The notes below the pieces were generated by a model. That model saw nothing but the letters and a program-made list of their open reading frames with translations. It ran no database searches and was not told the DNA's origin. Source: a virus. From it: 64,000 nucleotides of DNA. Positions 1 to 8,114 of this stretch are shown one piece after another. The position numbers and the translations under genes are program-made. The stretch is taken from the IMG/VR virus record IMGVR_UViG_3300031576_000022, positions 22,249 to 86,248 of that record. One strand, 5' to 3'. Every line of letters begins with the position of its first letter. Position 1 is the stretch's first letter.

Positions 1-258
1 CATCAGGTACATACTCGCAGTCGAAGCCATTTTTTTTATGCAAATATCAATCCAGCGGCAACACCATGAGAAATATTCCGTATCAGACTCCCATTTGTCG
101 TCAAAATCACCGAATTTCTTTCCTATATTGTATGGAGGATCTGCAAATATTAGGTTGATAGAACCATCAATAACCGATTCGTCAAGAATTTCAAGACTAT
201 CTCCGTGTATTATTCGGCATCCATCTTTTTCATATATACTTTTCTTGAAATTATTCAT
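1..258 (-). CDS. Adenine-specific DNA methyltransferase, beta class, YhdJ-like (5' part; runs off the window edge)
   Basis: Not in the ORF track. Manual translation from ATG at 258: MNNFKKSIYEKDGCRIIHGDSLEILDESVIDGSINLIFADPPYNIGKKFGDFDDKWESDTEYFSWCCRWIDICIKKM..., with IIHGDSLE and catalytic DPPY. Start overlaps the stop of 251..580. Confidence 0.9.
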   Translation of the reverse strand, partial: MNNFKKSIYEKDGCRIIHGDSLEILDESVIDGSINLIFADPPYNIGKKFGDFDDKWESDTEYFSWCCRWIDICIKKMASTASMYLM

Positions 259-580
259 GTTTGTTGTTCTTGGCGTCCGCTGCGATTGACGCACGCACCG
301 CATCGCGAGCGGAGTTTATGGGAGGAAACCCGAGTACGACGACTGCTTCAAGAGTGCCGTCGTCCCGTTCGCGTTCCCAAGCATAGACGCGCAAAGAAGA
401 TGGGCCAATTTCAAAAATTTCGACGACGCCGTCCCACGCAACTTTTCCCTGCCACAATTCCTTGACATGAATAGGCTTAAGTAGGTTTTTGGCGGTGCTG
501 CCTGCGGCTCTCTCGACCGCGACGAGCAGGCTATCGATTTCATCGATCTTGTCTGGCAGGCTAGCCACTGTTAGAGTCAC
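251..580 (-). CDS. Conserved hypothetical protein, passenger of the IS1-like element
   Basis: 109-aa ORF with VKELWQGKVAWDGVVEIF...VYAW...VVLGFPPINSARDAVRASI, a pattern I recall next to this transposase type. GC-richer codon usage like the transposase. Confidence 0.7.
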   Translation of the reverse strand: MTLTVASLPDKIDEIDSLLVAVERAAGSTAKNLLKPIHVKELWQGKVAWDGVVEIFEIGPSSLRVYAWERERDDGTLEAVVVLGFPPINSARDAVRASIAADAKNNKHE

Positions 581-749
581 GAATGAGGTTGATGAAGCCG
601 ATTTGCCATGGAAAATACGTGAGACGAAACACTAGCAAGCATCGGAAATCGGTACCATAAATATTTGCAATAGTTTGAGATAAAAAAGATAGCAACAATT
701 GCGTATCGAAAAGTCGGCACAAAACCATTCCATGGATTATGGAGAAAAA

Positions 750-887
750 CATGAGGCTAGTGAAGGCCCTGACGATTGCAGGTAGTGGACGGATTGTCAG
801 GGCTGTAGAAACACGATGACCGTAGCTGATTCCCTGAGAAGGTCGGCTACGGCCATCGCCAGTCCACTCTACATGCCAATGAGGTAA
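750..887 (+). ncRNA. Structured RNA or leader: two long G.U-containing hairpins that also encode two coupled mini-ORFs (751..819, 816..887)
   Basis: GCCCTGACGATT(766-777)/GATTGTCAGGGC(792-803); ATGACCGTAGCTGATT(816-831)/GGTCGGCTACGGCCAT(841-856); outer pairing 755-763/856-864; GGAG at 741-744 before ATG 751. Confidence 0.5.
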
Positions 888-898
888 TCGACGTAATC

Positions 899-970
899 GG
901 GGAGCCAGGTGGCCCGGCGCGGTCGTTTAGAGGCTTAGCGCGAGGGGTTCGATTCCCCTGCTCTCCACCA
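899..970 (+). tRNA. Non-canonical compact tRNA-like RNA (72 nt) with G3.U70, encoded CCA and UUA anticodon-like triplet
   Basis: Acceptor GGGGAGC/GCTCTCC+ACCA; T arm AGGGG-TTCGATT-CCCCT; anticodon-like arm CGCGGTC-GTTTAGA-GGCT(TA)GCG; reduced D arm CAGG-TGG-CCCG. Confidence 0.7.
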
Positions 971-971
971 T

Positions 972-1145
972 TTACGTCAACAACCTCTGACGCACCCAAT
1001 CTACCAAAACCATGCCTTTGGCACAAGCTTTGTCTTCGATTACCGCAAGCTCATCCGGGGTGAGTCGGACTTGAAGACGTTTCGTTTTCCCTTCTCCGGT
1101 GGGGAGGCGTGGACGACCGCGTTTTGGCTTCACTTTTTTCTTCAT
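972..1145 (-). CDS. Small ribbon-helix-helix DNA-binding protein with AT-hook-like RGRP (57 aa)
   Basis: Manual translation: MKKKVKPKRGRPRLPTGEGKTKRLQVRLTPDELAVIEDKACAKGMVLVDWVRQRLLT. RHH pattern (LQVRL strand, two helices, DWVR); divergent from the transposase. Confidence 0.75.
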   Translation of the reverse strand: MKKKVKPKRGRPRLPTGEGKTKRLQVRLTPDELAVIEDKACAKGMVLVDWVRQRLLT

Positions 1146-1171
1146 CCTCGAATTTTATGGCCTGAATTTTG

Positions 1172-1266
1172 TGTCGTCCATAAATGGCAGCGGATTTTTT
1201 GTCGTCTGAAAATTCTTTTTTGTCGTCCAGGAAAATCCTCGACACCTAGAATTTCGGGAGTACAAT
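1172..1266 (+). promoter_or_regulatory. Three TGTCGTC direct repeats (putative RHH operators) and transposase promoter TCGACA-N16-TACAAT
   Basis: TGTCGTC at 1172, 1200 and 1221, each preceded by a T tract; -10 TACAAT at 1261-1266 lies 6 nt before ATG 1273 (leaderless-type). Confidence 0.55.
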
Positions 1267-1272
1267 ATTTCC

Positions 1273-2097
1273 ATGGCCAACGTACTCCGGTTCGACGTTC
1301 AGGTTGCGGTGGTTACCGCGCTCATCGAAGGGAACAGTACCCGTTCCGTCGAGCGGATGACCCGTGTTCATCGTGACACGATCACGCGCCTGGGCGTGCG
1401 GGTCGGTGAGGCGTGCGCCGCGATGATGGATCGCGAGATGCGCGATCTCGAATGCGAACGGATTCAGGTAGACGAAATTTGGGGATTCGTCGCGAAGAAG
1501 CAGAAGCACGTTCTTCCCACTGATGATATTTCGCTTGTTGGCGATCAGTGGACCTGGGTTGCGATTGACGCCGATACGAAAATTGTTCCATCACATCTTG
1601 TCGGAAAACGCGATGGTGCTCATGCTCGTGCCTTTATTTGCGACCTTGCCTCGCGCCTGAAAAACCGCGTTCAAATTTCATCGGATGCGCTGGCGAGCTA
1701 CGTTGAAGCAATCGAGGTTGGATTTGGTGGTGACGTCGATTACGGCCAACTAGTCAAAGTCTACGCAGCTACTACCGAAGGCCCGGCGCGCTATTCCCCA
1801 CCAAAAATCATGCAGGCGACCAAAAACGTAATCGTCGGGCATCCGAGACACGAGCACATTTGTACCTCATACGTCGAGCGGCAGAATCTTACGATGCGAA
1901 TGGCGATGCGTCGGTTGACTCGCCTTACGAATGCCTTCTCAAAGAAGGTCGAAAACCTTCGTGCAGCGGTCGCGCTTCATTTTGCGTACTACAACTATTG
2001 TCGTCGCCATCTCACGTTGAAGACGGCACCAGCTATCGCGGCCGGGCTGACCGATCGTCGGTGGACGGTTTCCGATCTTCTCGATCTTTCAAATTAG
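1273..2097 (+). CDS. IS1-family DDE transposase
   Basis: N-terminal HTH (EGNSTRSVERMTRVHRDTI), then IQVDEIW, WTWVAIDADTK, QISSD, TSYVERQNLTMR..RRLTRLTNAFSKK, HFAYYNY, TAPAIAAG. Confidence 0.92.
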   Translation: MANVLRFDVQVAVVTALIEGNSTRSVERMTRVHRDTITRLGVRVGEACAAMMDREMRDLECERIQVDEIWGFVAKKQKHVLPTDDISLVGDQWTWVAIDADTKIVPSHLVGKRDGAHARAFICDLASRLKNRVQISSDALASYVEAIEVGFGGDVDYGQLVKVYAATTEGPARYSPPKIMQATKNVIVGHPRHEHICTSYVERQNLTMRMAMRRLTRLTNAFSKKVENLRAAVALHFAYYNYCRRHLTLKTAPAIAAGLTDRRWTVSDLLDLSN

Positions 2098-2237
2098 GAC
2101 ACCACCATCGGTTTGGTTTCGTCATTTGCTGTGATAGATTGTGGTGAGCGGCAATCCTCATCATCGTCGTAATGCTGTTCAGGGTGGAGAGGCTAGGACC
2201 TTTCCCCTACCGGGCCTTCTAAGGTTTACGGACGACG

Positions 2238-4355
2238 ATGATCGCTTTGTTTACTCTTTTACGTAGATCGCAGCATGCTGCTGCTGCCGCTGATGATAGC
2301 GCGCAGGTTGTTTTGTTTGATCTATACATTGCGCTGCCAACTGAGACACAGGCTCGTCATGTAACCATGACTGAGAGCCCGTTGGAGGCATCCAGGCTAG
2401 TCGGAGAGCTTGGGCAGCCTGTGAGCAAGGATAAGCTCACCATGGCCAGTAAACAGCCTGAGATCGTACAGGCTGGCGCTGTGGGAGCGCGCGAACAAGG
2501 TCAATCTGTTTCTAGTGACAATACGAATACTCGTATCGAAATGATCGATACTGGTGAAGTCGAGATTGTTTCTGATGAAAATGATTCAAAAATCTTCAAT
2601 TTTTCTGGAAAGAAATTAATTGGAAGAATGATGATGACTCGTGATCCAGGGACGAGTCGTTTTAATATGACAATTGATAGTAATGGTGGTGATAATAGTA
2701 TCATTAGTGATAATGGTAATGGTAATGGTAATAATAATAATATTATAGATGATAAAAAACCAAAAGAAGATACAAAAAAAGATCCTGAACCTCTTTCTGT
2801 TGATGATTTTATTAGTCCTGAATTTGCTGAAGTTATTAATGAATTGATTAATCAAAATATACATATATCTGATGACGTAAAAGAACGTCTTACAGCTATT
2901 AGCCATCGTCTTTCTGATAAAAAACTTACAAATCGTGATGTTATTTTTGTTCTTAAATTTATTTCTGGCGGTGAAACCGCTGCATTGAATTCTATTGAAT
3001 CTACTACAGATACAATTTCTCTTTCTTTATGGGATACATCTGATAAAAAGAATGAAATTATATATCTTGACCAAGAAACAGGCGATCAATACAGGCTTGT
3101 TCCTTCTGAAAAAAATGATGGAACTTTTACTATTCCTCGTTTTCAGTTTATTTCAGAAGGTATGTATAATGATGAATTGTTTGATAGTAAAAAGGTTGCT
3201 AAAATTATTTCTAATTTTGCTGAATTGTCAAAAACTAAGATTCTTGATGTACCAGCAAAGATTGGACATCATAGGTCGCAGTCTTTACTTGGAAATACTG
3301 GTGAACTTGCCCATGGATGGGTTAACAATGTTTGGGGTGAAGAAACGGCAAATGGAACAAAAGGTTTTCTTTCTCTTGAAGGTATTCCGCAAACCCTTGC
3401 ATATTTGATTTCTAAAAAAGCATTGAAAAATCGTAGCGCTGAAATCTTTAAAAATGTCAATTACAATGGAAAGGATTATGGTCCTACCCTTAAGGCGATT
3501 TCGTTTCTTGGCGCGTCTACTCCTGCTGTTTTAGGAATGCAACCGGATGCGTCTGGCGCTGTTGTATTGAATTCGGCCGTGCAAATGTATACGCAGGAAG
3601 ACGGATCAAAAGTAATCATCGTAAAACCTAACGGGGGTAAGACTGTGAGCGATGCCAAGAAGACGATTGAAATTTCCGTTGATGATCTCAACAAACGTAT
3701 TTCTGATGCAGTTCAGGATGCTATGGAGAGGGCTAAGAAGATTGCTGAAGTTGATTCTAAGAAGATGAGTGATCAAGTTGTTGAACTTTCTGCAAAACTT
3801 AAAAACGAGCAAGATTCTCGTCGTAAGGATTTAGTTAAGTCAAATAAAGCAACAAATGAGTCTGAGTTTGATTCTCTTGTAAAGAATGGAAGTATTCTTC
3901 CTGTACAGAAGGATGATTTTATTTCTCTTTGCAAGATTATTGATGGTGTGAATGATATGGCTATGGGTCGTGATCTTAGCGATATGCTTTCTACTGTCAA
4001 ATGTGATAAAGATACTCTTGAGTTTTCTGTTGAAACAATGGAAGCTGACAAGAAGGTTGAGATTAAGGTTCCACTCAAGAATCTTTTTTTTCGGTTTGTT
4101 AAGGGGATCAAGCAGATTGATCTTTCTCGTCAGACGAATGATGGGAAAACCTCTACTAAAAATCCTGTCGATAAGAAGGTGCTTACAAAGAGCGATGAAA
4201 TTGATGAACTTACCCGTAAGTTGATGAAGGATAGCAACCTTCAATATGCTGAAGCTTTTATCAAGGCATATGATCTCAAGTTTGTTGGTGATGCAGGAAT
4301 TGATGCTGCAATTGATGGTGCTACCTCTGTTCCCTCTACTAGCGATTCGGAGTAA
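2238..4355 (+). CDS. Prohead protease-scaffold (Mu gpI-like); true start probably downstream of 2238
   Basis: IPRFQFISEGMY, PAKIGHH, AHGWVNNV, NRSAEI, GPTLKAISFLGASTPAVLGM, then a coiled-coil scaffold C-terminus; directly upstream of cement and capsid genes. Confidence 0.8.
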   Translation: MIALFTLLRRSQHAAAAADDSAQVVLFDLYIALPTETQARHVTMTESPLEASRLVGELGQPVSKDKLTMASKQPEIVQAGAVGAREQGQSVSSDNTNTRIEMIDTGEVEIVSDENDSKIFNFSGKKLIGRMMMTRDPGTSRFNMTIDSNGGDNSIISDNGNGNGNNNNIIDDKKPKEDTKKDPEPLSVDDFISPEFAEVINELINQNIHISDDVKERLTAISHRLSDKKLTNRDVIFVLKFISGGETAALNSIESTTDTISLSLWDTSDKKNEIIYLDQETGDQYRLVPSEKNDGTFTIPRFQFISEGMYNDELFDSKKVAKIISNFAELSKTKILDVPAKIGHHRSQSLLGNTGELAHGWVNNVWGEETANGTKGFLSLEGIPQTLAYLISKKALKNRSAEIFKNVNYNGKDYGPTLKAISFLGASTPAVLGMQPDASGAVVLNSAVQMYTQEDGSKVIIVKPNGGKTVSDAKKTIEISVDDLNKRISDAVQDAMERAKKIAEVDSKKMSDQVVELSAKLKNEQDSRRKDLVKSNKATNESEFDSLVKNGSILPVQKDDFISLCKIIDGVNDMAMGRDLSDMLSTVKCDKDTLEFSVETMEADKKVEIKVPLKNLFFRFVKGIKQIDLSRQTNDGKTSTKNPVDKKVLTKSDEIDELTRKLMKDSNLQYAEAFIKAYDLKFVGDAGIDAAIDGATSVPSTSDSE

Positions 4356-4430
4356 ACAACCGAAAACGCTAGCGTTCTCCCTACAGGGAAATCAAGGTAA
4401 AGATTAACAACAAAAACGAGGAACAGAGAA

Positions 4431-4814
4431 ATGACTACGACTTATGGAACGGCCCCTCGCAAAGCATTCGAAGCAATCTTTCAGTATGCATTCGTTAAGA
4501 TTCTTGGCACTACTGATGTCGAGATTCTTGATGGTGCCGTTGCAACTGATTTTGCGTGGGGTGTTTGTCAAACGCTTGCAGCGATTGGAGATCCAGTAGA
4601 AGTTGAGACACGCCGCGGTATGATTGGTCGCGCTGTCGCTTCTGCTGCGTTTGCTGCTGGTGTTCGCCTGAAGGTTGGTTCTGGTGCAGATCATGGCAAG
4701 GTTTTGACGCAAACGGCTGGTACGTTTACTGTAGCTACTGCACTTGAAACTGCTACTGCGGCTGGTGCAATTGTTCGTGTTGTGTATGTGTTTGAGACGA
4801 TCGCGCTTCCGTAA
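4431..4814 (+). CDS. Capsid cement/decoration protein (DUF2190-like)
   Basis: Ala/Gly-rich 127 aa with GVCQ..AAIGDPVEV, AGVRLKVGS..GK and ALETATAAGAIVRV; between protease and capsid. Confidence 0.8.
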   Translation: MTTTYGTAPRKAFEAIFQYAFVKILGTTDVEILDGAVATDFAWGVCQTLAAIGDPVEVETRRGMIGRAVASAAFAAGVRLKVGSGADHGKVLTQTAGTFTVATALETATAAGAIVRVVYVFETIALP

Positions 4815-4916
4815 TAATCGTGCTGTTGTAATAATCGGCCTACTAAAACGATCAATCCGTGTGACAGCGGAATTTGTATCAAGAAAAAAACAGAAACATA
4901 AACAGAGGATACGTAA

Positions 4917-5837
4917 ATGCCAGTCGCACGGAGCGAAGTGCATGTCGATACCGCACTTGGTAATCTAGCTCGGGAATTTATGTTTCCAGGCTTGATTGCT
5001 GATGTTATTGCGCCGCGGGTTAAGGTTAAGAAGGATAGTGATATTTATTGGACATTTGGACGCGAAGAAATTCGTATGAAATTGGATGGTGAGGGTGACC
5101 TTACTGCGCCTGGTTCTCCTGCGCCGGATTTTGATTGGAAGCCAAGCGGAAGGGAAACATATACGGCTTTTAAGCGTGCGTTTGTGGATAAGGTTCTTGA
5201 TGAAACAATCCGCAATGCTGATAGTCCGATTGCTCCGGTTTCGCGTACAATTGAAAAGTTGACACGACATTTACTGCTGCATCGTGAACGTCGTGTTGCA
5301 AAGCTTTTCACTACTGGTGTTGCATCTACTTCAACGCCTGCCATTAAATGGGATATTGCAACCGCAGATATTGAAGATGATGTTCGTGCTGCAAAAGAAA
5401 GCTTTAAGCTTTCTGCTGGTGGTTATCCGAATACAATTGTTATGTCTAGTTCTGTTGCTGGATTAGTTCGGTTGTATTTGAAGGCTGCTAGTGAGATCAG
5501 CTTCAAAGAGAAGGCAACTATCGATAAGATTCCTGATGAGCTTTGGGGTATGAAGGTTGTTGTGTCAGAGGCGATGATGAATACTGCTGGTGAGGGTATT
5601 GCGGAGGTTATTACAGATATTTGGCCGGATACCGTAACGCTTGCGTATATTAATCCGTCGAAGAATCCAACGCTTCAGGACAGTACGTTTGTGTGGACGT
5701 TTACGCCTGTTCCATTTCGTGTACGTCGTTGGCGCGATGAGGTTATCGAGGCAACTATGTACGAAGTTGGCATGTATGTTGCTGAGAAAGTTGTTGCTCC
5801 GTTTGCTGCTCATACTATCACGGATGTTTTGACTTAA
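4917..5837 (+). CDS. Major capsid protein (lambda gpE-like, HK97 fold)
   Basis: HVDTALGNLA..F...LIADVIAPRVKV, L.LHRERRVA, KWD, PNTIVM, IW; 306 aa; GAGG RBS; synteny. Confidence 0.88.
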   Translation: MPVARSEVHVDTALGNLAREFMFPGLIADVIAPRVKVKKDSDIYWTFGREEIRMKLDGEGDLTAPGSPAPDFDWKPSGRETYTAFKRAFVDKVLDETIRNADSPIAPVSRTIEKLTRHLLLHRERRVAKLFTTGVASTSTPAIKWDIATADIEDDVRAAKESFKLSAGGYPNTIVMSSSVAGLVRLYLKAASEISFKEKATIDKIPDELWGMKVVVSEAMMNTAGEGIAEVITDIWPDTVTLAYINPSKNPTLQDSTFVWTFTPVPFRVRRWRDEVIEATMYEVGMYVAEKVVAPFAAHTITDVLT

Positions 5838-5955
5838 TCTTAGTATATTGATCTAACATTGCTGTGCGCTGGTTGTAATAAGTGCGCGGCAATGTTAGAT
5901 TGGTATTAGTATTAAGCAAAATGGAATGGCAATAAAAAGATCCTGGTAGGGGAAA

Positions 5956-6492
5956 GTGGCTGATAAATATATCGATGTTATAACTGGCACCTTTTACCTT
6001 AAGAAAATCTTCTTGAGCATGGGTGTTGGAGTAGATAATCTTGATATTACGGCTGAAGAAATAGCATATTGTGAAACATGGGCTGAGAATCAAATTGATG
6101 GTTTGTTTGGTTTATCGTTTCCGTTATTTCCTGCAACACCATTGATAATTCGCGATATAGCACTTGCGCTAACTGCGTATAAAATCAGGCAGTTTCTTGT
6201 AACAGCTAATAGTCCAAATCTAGACGAACATACAAACGAAATTAGAGATGAAGCATATAGACTTATTCAAAGTATTATCCATGGCGATTTTTCGATTATT
6301 ATGCCAGATCTCAGTTATCATCCAAAATATCCTGGTCCGTCTGGTGGAGAAAGGTTTATGGTTCAGCCTGAATCATCTTTGAGGTTATTTTTTACAAATA
6401 TGGATAAAGAGTTTTATGCGATGCACCAAAAGGCTGAACCAGATGGGATTGAGCCAGCTTTTAGTGATCCCGAGTATGCAAACCAATCGTAA
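5956..6492 (+). CDS. Head-tail adaptor (Mu gp36/DUF1320-like)
   Basis: AENQIDG....SFPL.PATPLIIRDIALALTAY...EAYRLIQSI..G; position after capsid. Confidence 0.7.
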   Translation: MADKYIDVITGTFYLKKIFLSMGVGVDNLDITAEEIAYCETWAENQIDGLFGLSFPLFPATPLIIRDIALALTAYKIRQFLVTANSPNLDEHTNEIRDEAYRLIQSIIHGDFSIIMPDLSYHPKYPGPSGGERFMVQPESSLRLFFTNMDKEFYAMHQKAEPDGIEPAFSDPEYANQS

Positions 6493-6512
6493 TAAGACAG
6501 GTATTACATTAA

Positions 6513-7019
6513 ATGGTAAAGTTTCATTTCAGGGCAACAAATATAAACGATATAGTTTCGAGAGTATCCAAGTTAGTAGGAGGTTTAACTACAGGTGTAG
6601 GAGCAAGAGAGATCAAGGTTAATAGTGAACAAATAGTTGTTGATGAATATTTAAAGGCTTTCGATCGAGGTGGATTTCAGGGAAATAAATGGAGATCGTA
6701 TAAGGGAAAGGTTTCTTTGATAAGATCAGAAGATTTTATGAAGTCTTTTTTAAAGAAAGGATCAAATGGTTTAGAAACTAAAATTGTTGCTGGTAAAACA
6801 TATTTGTTAATAAGAATTGCTAGTGGATTTATTCATCCAAGAATGAATACTGAATATGTTGTAGCATTAAGACAAGGTATAGATCTTAGTGAAAAACATT
6901 CAATACAATTAGAGATAGGTGGTAAGGTTGGTGGAATTTCTCGGGGTGGAGAAATGGAGCTTTTTAGGAAGTTTCATCAAACGGTTGTAAAAGAAGCAAA
7001 ACGGGTTGGATATACCTAA
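6513..7019 (+). CDS. Virion morphogenesis / tail completion protein
   Basis: Basic 168 aa with F...G..G.KW and L.RS.....S pattern; synteny. Confidence 0.5.
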   Translation: MVKFHFRATNINDIVSRVSKLVGGLTTGVGAREIKVNSEQIVVDEYLKAFDRGGFQGNKWRSYKGKVSLIRSEDFMKSFLKKGSNGLETKIVAGKTYLLIRIASGFIHPRMNTEYVVALRQGIDLSEKHSIQLEIGGKVGGISRGGEMELFRKFHQTVVKEAKRVGYT

Positions 7020-7072
7020 TAAAACCAAAATCAAGAACAAACAACCTAGTAGTCGTTGGGGTATAATTTGTT

Positions 7073-7600
7073 ATGGACAGCATCCTGAGTCTCGAAGAAA
7101 TAATCGAGAGGATGCTAACAATTTTTCGAATTAAGTGGGAGCCTGAAAAAACCAAGGATACGGCATCAGCAAAGGCGCCACTGCTTGTTGACGAGCATTT
7201 TATGTTTGGTAACCCATCGTTGATTCCACAATCTGATGCAGTAGTTATTTTTCCAGAAGGTCAAGAAGAAATAGATAAAGAGGGTGGAATAACTAGGGCT
7301 GGTCCGTGTTGTATTATTGAAGATGGGTTGATTCACATTCGTTGGTACCATAAGGAGCATGAACAAGCTAGAGGACATCGAGTAATTAATCAAATGGGAG
7401 AAGTTATCAAGAGGATGTTGCTGAGAAACAAGCAGTTAATTTTTCTTGGTTTGGGTTTAATACACGGATTAACGATAGAATCGATTACATATGGCGAACA
7501 AGTAAGAGACGCATACGAAGGTACGCGAGTTTTTTTCCCTAAAGGTGATATGCTTGTTAGAGTCGAATACGCTGAAGGGCTGGACGAAGACTTGGCTTAA
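7073..7600 (+). CDS. Putative tail terminator
   Basis: 175-aa ORF between head completion and tail tube genes. Confidence 0.45.
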   Translation: MDSILSLEEIIERMLTIFRIKWEPEKTKDTASAKAPLLVDEHFMFGNPSLIPQSDAVVIFPEGQEEIDKEGGITRAGPCCIIEDGLIHIRWYHKEHEQARGHRVINQMGEVIKRMLLRNKQLIFLGLGLIHGLTIESITYGEQVRDAYEGTRVFFPKGDMLVRVEYAEGLDEDLA

Positions 7601-7658
7601 CAATTGATTGTAAGATCGGTTGTTAGGTAAAACGCAAAAAAAAAGAGGAAACGCTGCC

Positions 7659-8063
7659 ATGGCCGATACTACTCCGGGTTCAGCCCTAGTAACTCCGGTT
7701 TCGTTTGGTACGAGCAATGAGACGGTTTCGATCGATTTTGATCGTATTCGAATCCGGTTGCTTAATTGGAATTATGTTGCTGATTCGCTTTCTATTGGTG
7801 TTGATTATGGGCGTGAAGATCCGCTTAATCCACCATTTAGTGAATGGTTTTTAAAGAGTCAGGCGCATCCTATTGTTAATCTTGCTGCAAATGATACGGT
7901 TATTTTGAATGGAATTACGTTTAATCGCCTTGCTGGTACACACTATACAAACTTGAAAGCAACACTAACTACTGCTGCAATTACGGTAATGGAAAACGTT
8001 GAAGATATTGTGTTTTTTGCGTTGGTTGCGATTGGCTACTTCCCGCTTGGCGTTGAAACCTAG
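7659..8063 (+). CDS. Hypothetical virion protein
   Basis: ATG 7659 with GAGG RBS, within the structural operon. Confidence 0.55.
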   Translation: MADTTPGSALVTPVSFGTSNETVSIDFDRIRIRLLNWNYVADSLSIGVDYGREDPLNPPFSEWFLKSQAHPIVNLAANDTVILNGITFNRLAGTHYTNLKATLTTAAITVMENVEDIVFFALVAIGYFPLGVET

Positions 8064-8114
8064 TAGTTACGCTTCCAAAAAAGTAGTATGTAAAAAACAA
8101 ACTGGAGGCGTGCA

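Larger units (their letters stand above)
1..2106. mobile_element. Right part of an IS1-family cargo-carrying element; right terminal repeat CAAATTAGGACACCACC at 2090-2106; left end not found in the window
   Basis: Transposase stop lies inside a GGTGGTG-type terminus; 270-2106 is GC-richer than the phage; passenger genes are contiguous. Inclusion of the methyltransferase is inferred from translational coupling. Confidence 0.6.

Noticed and set aside
38-465. + strand ORFs 38..289 and 205..465, and similar short antisense ORFs inside long genes
   Set aside because: Shadow frames of genes on the other strand or frame, with no motifs or RBS.
781-797. GGTAGTGGAC as the left terminal repeat of the IS
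   Set aside because: Only about 10 of 16 positions match the right end, the flanks (CGATTGCA vs ATCGGTTT) give no target duplication, and passenger-type genes continue to the left.
769-812. Hammerhead ribozyme (CTGACGA...GAAAC)
   Set aside because: Stem II needs an extra unpaired base, no stem III or NUH site forms, and CTGACGA is buried in a stronger hairpin.
1051-1245. 64-aa ORF from the track (MSRIFLDDKK...)
   Set aside because: It overlaps the operator repeats; the alternative frame 972..1145 gives a convincing RHH protein.
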